From Catajapyx aquilonaris (taxonomy: Eukaryota), in the NCBI GenBank assembly GCA_000934665.2, contig JYFJ02002768.1, forward strand, positions 1 through 51,286: a stretch of DNA of 51,286 nucleotides, given 5' to 3'. Positions 34,801-43,800 of the stretch are shown here, in pieces. Position 1 is the stretch's first letter, and the number at the start of each line of letters is the position of its first letter. Under the pieces are notes generated by a model that did no database searches, had not been told where the DNA came from, and saw nothing but the letters and a program-made list of their open reading frames with translations. The position numbers and the translations under genes were made by a program.

Positions 34801-37800
34801 TTTGGTTGTTACTAAATAAAATATAGCGGTCCACGGATAGAATTGTCTGATTTTTAAATACGGTGTAAAACTTCTTTGGAGCTGTCAAATAAGGTGTACG
34901 TCATGATGGGCAGTCAGCTTTAAATTGGTAAAAAGGCCACTTGTTTCTCACTCGTTGTCTATTTCGGCCAATCAGAAACGAGCTAGATGGAATTCTATCG
35001 TAGCGTTAGATAGTACTAGGCTAGATATACCTCCATGCCAAAAATCATTTCTTAAATCAAAGTCGTTTGGGTGTGGTGATTTTTTAAAGGCTAGGTCACG
35101 TGATCGGCCTACAAGCCTAACCGCAGCCAATCGAGGCCGCTCCTTTTGCACACGGGGCCTACTCGCCACCCCCAACAACATATCCGAAGCACGAAGAAAT
35201 CAATTTTTGGATCCTTTTTAGTACGGTATGTTTAATGGCTGTAAGTCCTTTAATAATAAGTTTAAGTCCTTTAGTATCGGTTTTTACTCCCTGTGAGTCG
35301 AAGGAATCAGAATCAATTTAGAAAAAATCGAATTCATTTCGCTTCTCCAGAATCGAATTACAAGTAAAGAATCAGAATCGAAATCGGTGCAGAACTGAAA
35401 TTCTGGACAGAATAATTTTGATTCAGATTCAGAAGCAGAATCGAAATTGAAGGCCCAATTTCAGTTCTTTTTCAGAATCAGAATCAAATTTAATATCGGT
35501 TTTTACTCCCTGGAATAATGTGTGACAATATTACTGACCTGGGAAAGATCCTCTTCATCCTCTGAGTCATCATCCTCATCTTTCTCTCTCTCCCTGTCAC
35601 CAAGCTTCTCATTCACATCAATGTGTGCCCATTTTGGTGTTGCCCCAAATGTGTATTCAAATTGCTTTTGCAAATGTGATGTGGCAGTCTCGGTAGATTC
35701 TTCTGCACCTGGTATCTTAGGACGTCTCTTACGAGGTATGCTTGCAGATTCCTTCAACCTATACCAAAGAGGAACCACTTAAGTTAACATTACTAGCATA
35801 CTTTAGGTCTTGTGCCACAATCATGAAAAAATTGTAAATGCATAAAATTGAAACACATTTTGTAATGATAAGGCTCATCCAAGTAAATAATAAAGTGCAC
35901 TGAACAAAAGGTCTTCACTTTATCATTGGGTTAAGAGGGAAGCCAGGCAAGGAAGCCGGTAAATTGGAGTGACACAGGCGTGTGCGTTTTACTTTAAACT
36001 TTAGGTTCCTTTTGGACCAAATTAAATAAAATTATTATCCCTTACTGTATATGAAATGGGCTTTCATATGGCGGCAACGGAAATACAAAAATCCTAGCGT
36101 GGTTCGCAGAAATAATTTGTAAACATTTGTCTAGATTTTGCAGAACTTCAGTGGCATAGACCAGAAGGCACAATCTCCATCGTTCTAAATTTTGTCCTTC
36201 TCTGACAAGATGCATTCGCAGTGGTTCCTAACTCATTTCAAGGAAAAATTTGCAATAAGTTGTCCACAATTAATTCGTGAAAATTTCGTGTCCCCATTTT
36301 CCCCGGATTTTCCACTACAAGCCTTGAGGTAATGAACTTGGGGGGGAAAACTCTGTTTAAACCCCTGCGGGCATCCTTTCCGGATAAGATGCCCAGGTGG
36401 TAAGTTAACTGCGTTAAAAAGTGAAGCCTCACCAAACTGAAGAACGAATTTGCTGCATTTCATTGCAAAACTTTGGTGTTTTCTTGAACGCAGTTCAGCC
36501 TTTGGCCGCTATACTGGCGGGTGGGCGCGCGTACCCNCTCCCCCCCCCCCCCCACCCGCCACCTATAATAAACCACCACCACCACCACCCCTAGCTTGAC
36601 CCTCTCCTTGCCTCGAGGCCCCTACTTTTTCTTTCCAGTGCTCCGGCCCATCCACACAAAATCAGAATTTTGACCAGGTTTTGACTCTTGACTGCCTTGT
36701 AAAATGAGTGACGTCACAGGTTCGCCCTCTCAGGCGGCAATGTTTGTTGGGTACCGTTCTCCTCAGCCTCAGCTGCAGCTTGCTTCATAGCCGAAATAAG
36801 CTGGGTTTCGCCTCGGGTTTCGCACACATAATTTTTAAATAATATTACATACTTGTAGTTGACCATCATTGAGTAGGTTATTCTGGAATACAGGTTGAGA
36901 ATCCTTTATCCGAGATGGTAAACCTTGGTTATGACTATCGTCATTTCATACCCATGAAGAAATGAAGAAGCACATGGCCGGATCAGGACTTCACTGAAAA
37001 CGAGGTAGAAAGAGGTCGCTGCGCCGCACCGCCCCTGACGACTTTTTCTGCAGTGGCATGGAAAAACTAGTGTCCCGGTGGGACAAATGCACCAAAGTGT
37101 ATACTAAATGGCACAGTTCGCCAGATTTAAAAAAATAAAAATAATTAATGTGGGCCGATTCCCCGAAATAACAATCATGTTTATTTGGACATGGCACGGG
37201 TCAGGCATCCAGACGAACTATTCGTCACAGCCCCTTCGGTTGCTTTAGTGCTTTTATGGAAGGGATGGTTCCCAGAGGGTGGAAAAAAGGTCAGCCTTTA
37301 CCATGTTTTTTTTTTTTTTTTTGTCCACATGAAAATTTGTACGTCTTTTGAGTGCCTCTTTTGACACCATGAATTATTGCCGGAACGATGCAATGCCGTA
37401 AAACGGGTCAGATTGTGCCAGGTGGGGGTGAGTTTGATATTATGAATGTCCGTTTCTTTGCGCACCCGACAGTGTGTTTTTTTCGCGGTCCGCTGACGAT
37501 TTTAGGCGATTTTAGGCCGATAATAAGAAATGGCAAAACGTAGGACGAGAGGCTGGAGCACACGGAAAACGATATACAGGGGTTGGACTACTTGGACAGA
37601 ATAACAGGCCCTCTACGAGCCTGAGACGTCACTCATTTTTACAAGGCAGGCAAAAGTCTGATTTTCTGTGAATTGGCCGGACCTCGGGGTGAAAAGAAAA
37701 AGTACCAGCGGGGGGTGGGGGGTGGGGGGAACCCTGAAGGCAAAGGAGAGGGTCCAAAGAAGGGTAGTGGGTGAGGTGTTGGGGGACTGGACTTGTGATT

Positions 37801-40800
37801 TATGGCGGTTGGGGTGATTCTTGGGGTGATTGAAGGAAAAAGTAGCCAGCAATCAGTTTCGTAGACTGTCACCAGCGGTCACTAGCGTAGTCAACACCAG
37901 TGCTACTGGCGAAAATTTGAGTAAGTAGGCCCACTAGTCTAGCCTCTTAAGCACTATGCAGTATATATTATTAAGTGGATAAAATGGAAGTTGTGCACCT
38001 TGGTGAGGATTGGGTGGCGGTTGGAGTGGAGAAGTGGAGGGCCAGTGCCGCATGACAACACCGCAGCCCGTCGGTGTGGTTTGTGTGGTTTGGGCGGGTT
38101 CGATTGGTGAGGGTGGAGGTTGTAGGGGTCCAAGGGGATAGCGGTGTATTGCCGGAAGTGATGCATGTGTCTGTTAACCCTTTCGGCCCCAGCCACCTAG
38201 ATTCTAGGCGATGAGAACCCGATCGCGCAGTACCAGCTATACCCTCCTTCGCCTAGTTTTCCCCTTACACATGCGCTGAAGATACGAACAAGATATTTTA
38301 CAAACAATAACAGCTACACCTACCTGGTTGTGGAAAGCCCTATGAATGTGTTGGAAACAATTTTACTCCTATAGAAGTCCCTAAATTAATTTCCAAAAAT
38401 ATCGTTGTAAAACTGGAAATTCGAGTACTGCCAGCCAACTGTTAGGCAGATTTAATTATGAAATACACTAAAATATGTGGCGGTGACGTCATCCTATTGC
38501 GTCATCAAAGCAGTTTTTAAAAGGCGGCTTCTACCCCTCTAAGATATCCAAGCTAATTCTATAAGGTTGCCCTCTCTGATGAATGATGATGATCTCTCTG
38601 ATGGTCTCTCTGATGAATTATGAAAACATTAAGTGTCCATTTAAAAAATTTTAATGGTCCGGTTTAAACAATGGTAATGTGATCCGCTGGATGCAAAAAA
38701 AGACGGCTCAGGTGGCAAGCGGGCAATGCCCAGAGCTCGGAGCAGTCCCGCCGGCCAATTACTGAGAGGATGCTTTTTACGACCAAAATGGTGCTGGGGG
38801 AGATTGCCTACCCTTCACAGATCGTTCTGATTTTTCCCCCGGCGAAAAGCAAGTCACAAAATTTCGGGATTAAAAAAAATTGTTTTCAGCTGGACGTCCA
38901 CATACCGGGAAACAAGTGGCAGGGAGCTGCGTGTATTTTAATTCGTGCAGTAAGTGTTTGTTTTGGGTTGTTTACAATGAATGAAACCTTTGCCCTATGA
39001 CATCTTGCCATTAAAAATATCACTCGAATGGTGTAAATACTCATGAACATAGAAACCAAGGGGGTAGTCACTTCGGAGAGCCGGTGTACTATCGGACGCA
39101 AAAAGAATGTCCGGGGAGAGTCTTCGTTCAGCCTGGTGGAGGCAAACCATTGCACAGATGTGTACACACACACTTGTGTGTACGTCCGTGCTTATCTGCT
39201 GAGCTTTTTCCCTCCTCCCTTAGCTACCCAGGTGCAATGGTTTGCCTCCACCAGGCTGAACGAAGACTCTCCCCGGACATTCTTTTTGCGTGCCTATGTA
39301 CACCCTCACTGGTGAGCCGAGGAGAGCAGCAAGAGAGCCGCAAGGGAGCCGAGGAGAGCCGAGGAGAGCCGCGGAGCCAACTACGTCACAACCGGCTGGG
39401 TGGGGACAAAGGTTGAACTTGGGTTGAACTGGTTGAACGTGGGTTGAACAAAGGTTTGGACAAGGGACAGAGGCAAGGGCAAGGCCGGGCAAGGCATTAT
39501 GCTGCGCATTTTGTAACAATGAGAGCTGCTTGGTGTCACATATGTGCTTGCTTCCTGCCCCAATCCGGCCCGTTTATGGAGCTCGGCTGTGGGCGGGAAT
39601 TTTCCCTACAAAATGCGCATTTGCTCCTCATCATATGACGTAATTATATGATGTCAATATGACGTAGTTTTTCTTCGGCTCTCTGCGGCTCTCCGAGGCA
39701 TCGGTGAGCCCATAAGACCGTGGGTGAGCCTGCTGGTGAGCCGGGGGAGAGCCGCAGTGCCGCGGAGAGCCGCAGAGAACCGCGGAGAGCCGCAACTCAA
39801 GAGAGCCGGTGTACACTTTTTTGAGGAGTGACTACCCCCTTGATAGAAACTATGAACATTTCTGAAGGCTATGGTGAAAGAAATTTCCATCGGGGGTTAT
39901 GCCAGTGAATTTTCAAAAAAGATTTTGTTTGGTTGTATTACAATACAACCAAATCGGGCCGCAGGAGACAAAGGGTGGTGAAACCTTCCACTTGCGTACT
40001 TACCCAATTTTGTCATCCTCATCCACCCAAGCAGGTGCTAATGACTCTTCATCCCTGCTTCCTTCATCATCCTCAGAACCCAGATCAGATGTTTCACCCT
40101 TCCTTTTGTTGTCATTACTTTCCATCAAACTAAGTTGTTTGTGCGTGGCACCACACACATGCGCTTCCTCCTCTTCAATGTAATCCATGTAATCAGGGGA
40201 TGATTCAACCCCCGAGTCCTTCCCTCCACCTCCTGCTTCTTCAATCCTTCTCGCATTTGAAGACTCTCCAAACACAAGCATCTCCAATTGTCTGCAATAC
40301 ATAATCCAGGATTAGAAATTCATTTTCTTTCATTTCGAACCCTTAAATCCATAACTGGATGACAAACAACAAATAAAAACTGCACAGCCTTGCTCCTCAT
40401 GATATAGGCGAAGGATCCCCGAGAATGCACTTCTTTAACCCCCCACTTTTCAATTTTCCACCGATGGGAAATGAGGGAAATGGCGGAAACGGTGTTGCCA
40501 GTTAGCATAAATGACATTTTTGAAATAATGTTGTTCGTTTATGAAACATTTACATGCAGAAGTATACCCCCGAAAAACCTGTACAGGTTATCATGGGGTA
40601 ACTATAAAAAATTTTAAAAACATACAGAAGTATTAGTAGAAATGAGAACATGATGAACTTCAAAAAAAATGGTAGAGTTGTAAATTGCAACAGTGCAATG
40701 GTTTGGGCTGGTCATGGTAGGAGGGGGTCAGATAAGTGAGACCCTTCCTAATCTACCCTCCTTGGGCTTATATCAGGTGGGGTAGGGGGCCTTCTAAACT

Positions 40801-43800
40801 AATCTGTTAACTTTTTTAAAGACGCATCTTTTTGCATTGTTGACAGCAATTATGAATTCTACGGTGTCAAAAACCTATATTTTCATACCTGATTCATACC
40901 AGGCATGTCAAAAGTAGATCTAGCATGATAACTTCAACTAGTTTTCTAATATACCGTACACATGGGTTTCCATGCAATCCGTGGGCCTGTTTGTGACATG
41001 CCTGGTACGAATCGAGTATGAAAAGATAGGTTTTCAACACCTTAGAATCCATATTTTCCGTCAAAAATGCAAAAAGGTGCGTCTTTAAAAAAGTTAACGG
41101 ATTAGTTTAGAAGGCCCCCTATCCCACCTGATATAAGCCCAAGGAGGGTAGATTCGGAAGGGTCTCACTTAGCTGACCCCCTCCTACTGTGGCGAGGCCA
41201 AACCCTTGCACTGTTGCAATTTACACCTCTACCATTTTTTTTGACGTTCATCATGCTGTGATTCCTACTTTTTTATATATCATATCTCAATATAAATTTA
41301 CATATGAGAATCACAAGGACCTGAGTAATATTTCCCTTGCCATTGGGATTTCATTAATGAGCTAATGTTCGCGTCACTAGGTACCATCACTTCCTCCTTG
41401 GAGGAGAAAGGCAGGGAGAGAGGGAGTAAGAGGGATGGTACCAAGTGAAGCGAACATTATCTCATTAATAACATTCCACTGGCAAGGGAAATATTACTCA
41501 GGTGCTTATGATTCTCATATGTACGTAAATTTATATTGAGGTATGATATACTTCTGCATGTAAATGTCTTATAAACGAATAACATTATTTCAAAAATGTC
41601 ATTTATGCTAACTAGAAATCCCATTTCCGCCATTTCCCTCATTTCCCATTGGTGGAAAATTGAAAAGTGGGAGGTTACAGAAGTGCATTCTCGGGGATCC
41701 TTTGCCTATACAGGGTGTCAGTGAAGACCAGTCAGACCTGTACCCGACCTGACACGAGAGGATCATGTTATGTAGAGGAGTCATTATGTCTGGGCAGCGT
41801 CATTACTGAGATAATTGATCATTTGCCATTTAGCGATTGGGCCTAAGAGTGATTGTCAAAGAGCAGTGGCAAGTGCGTGTCAGTGTGTGCTGGTGTGTGG
41901 CATGCAACATGCTAGTAGCCAAATGGAAAAGCTATTATTATTTGACCGGTGATGCAATTTCGGGGCTGAAGGTTTCCATACCTCCCAGAATACTTTGTAC
42001 TTGTCGTTTGAAGGCATTTATCTCAGTAATGAGGCTGCTCAGACATAATGACACCTCTACATAACATGATCCTCTCGTGTCATTTAAGCCACGGGTACAG
42101 GTCTGACTGGTCGGTTCACGGACACCCTGTACATCAACCCACAATCCTTGACAAGTCAATAAAATCAAGAAAAGAAAGTAACAACAGTCTGCCCCACCTT
42201 TCCACTCCTGTGGACCCTGTTACCTCCACTACCCACCACATCTCCCTCCTGTCTCCTCCTACAAGCCAGCCTTCCAATCCCTTACAGTTTTAATAATTCT
42301 GATACACCCCCAAGCTACTTGAACCCTTGGCTATTGATTGTGAGTCCAGCACACAAGTGACAGAGCTACCATGCATTCACTGGAAACATCACTTCATATG
42401 AGCATATATGCTCCCTTCCAACACTCCCATTCAGAAATTAAGCAAAACTGTAACATTCCCTAACATAATTATCTCTAAGCTACATTAACTGATCATGATG
42501 ATCAACAAACGGCTTTTCTTCCTACCTTTAAAAGCACACACCACAGGTGAGTTCCTTGTACTCGCATGCACTCTAAACTAGCCATTTCCCACCATCATCA
42601 TTCACACCCTGGGGCATGGTATCAATTCTTGTATCACCCTCAGTAAACCTGAGATACAAAGGGTCAGGAATCTGTGGGAAATACTTTCTAATTGCCACAT
42701 GGAACTGCCTGACTGCTTCACTTTTGCCAAAGAAACACTTCAAAATTCCAATAGTGTAGTGTCCCACATTCAGGCGTAAGAGACACCACATAAATACTTC
42801 AAGAAACACACGGGGTGAAGGTAAAGAACCACTATGGAACTCTTATTCAGGACAACAATACATCGCGTCCGTTCGGCAGAACGGCCAGAATAGAACTGAT
42901 TACATCTCATTACAACACTTATCCCCTGACAACATCAACAGTTCCACCATCTTTGGTAATTATGAAGAATAGCTTACTCAACAAATGCATAAAAAGTGCG
43001 TTTTACTAGGACAAACTCTTAAGGCTAGTTTAAACTATCACTTTCCTAACATATATCAGAATGCTCCACCTTGAAGCAGCAATCTGTAAACCAGCTTCAA
43101 TATCCCTTCCAGGTGGTTTTTTCAGTTCCCTGCCCCCATGTTAGTGAAGCCTCCTTCCCGCTGGGCAGTGTGGGCAGACGGCCTTTGCCTTTTGCTGCCT
43201 CCCTGCCGCTTGCTCTCCACACCTCAGGAGTTTGCAGAGAAAAGTTGACCTGACAACTAATCCCAGGGCCCTCCTTTGTGTTGGTGTTATTGGTATGTCT
43301 ATGTCGGCGGCATAGTGGTGTAGTGGTTAGCGCCAAAGCCTTCCACCTCTAAAGTCCTGAGTTCGATCCCTGGATCAGACAGAGGATGCTTATGTGGATA
43401 GAGTTTCGATGGGTTCTCTCCGTGTTCGCGTAGGTTTTCTCGAGGTTCTCCCCTTTCCTCCCACTATCAAAATCCATCACAGCAATAGCAATGATCAAAG
43501 TCGGTCAATTAAAAAGATGATCCCCTAAAAAGCCCAAGGAGGCTTATCACGGGGTATCCATTATTATTATTACCATTATCATTATTATTATTGGTATGGC
43601 TATGGAGTGACCTCATCAGAAGAGTCCATCTTGTGGCCCTGCCAGGCACTCTTCGTCATATTGCCAGATGATTTTAGTTAGTTGTGAGCCAATAGGAAAC
43701 TGGGAACCAACTGTGGATTGCGTGTCCACAACATTTACTCTCCGTCTTGTAGCAGCGAGTAAAATATGGTCAAAATTATTGCCAAATGCAACACCCACAA

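Noticed and set aside
38570..38620. C/D-box snoRNA candidate in a UTP18 intron (TGATGA/CTGA)
   Set aside because: The motifs come from a short CTCTCTGATG tandem repeat; there is no terminal stem or guide region.
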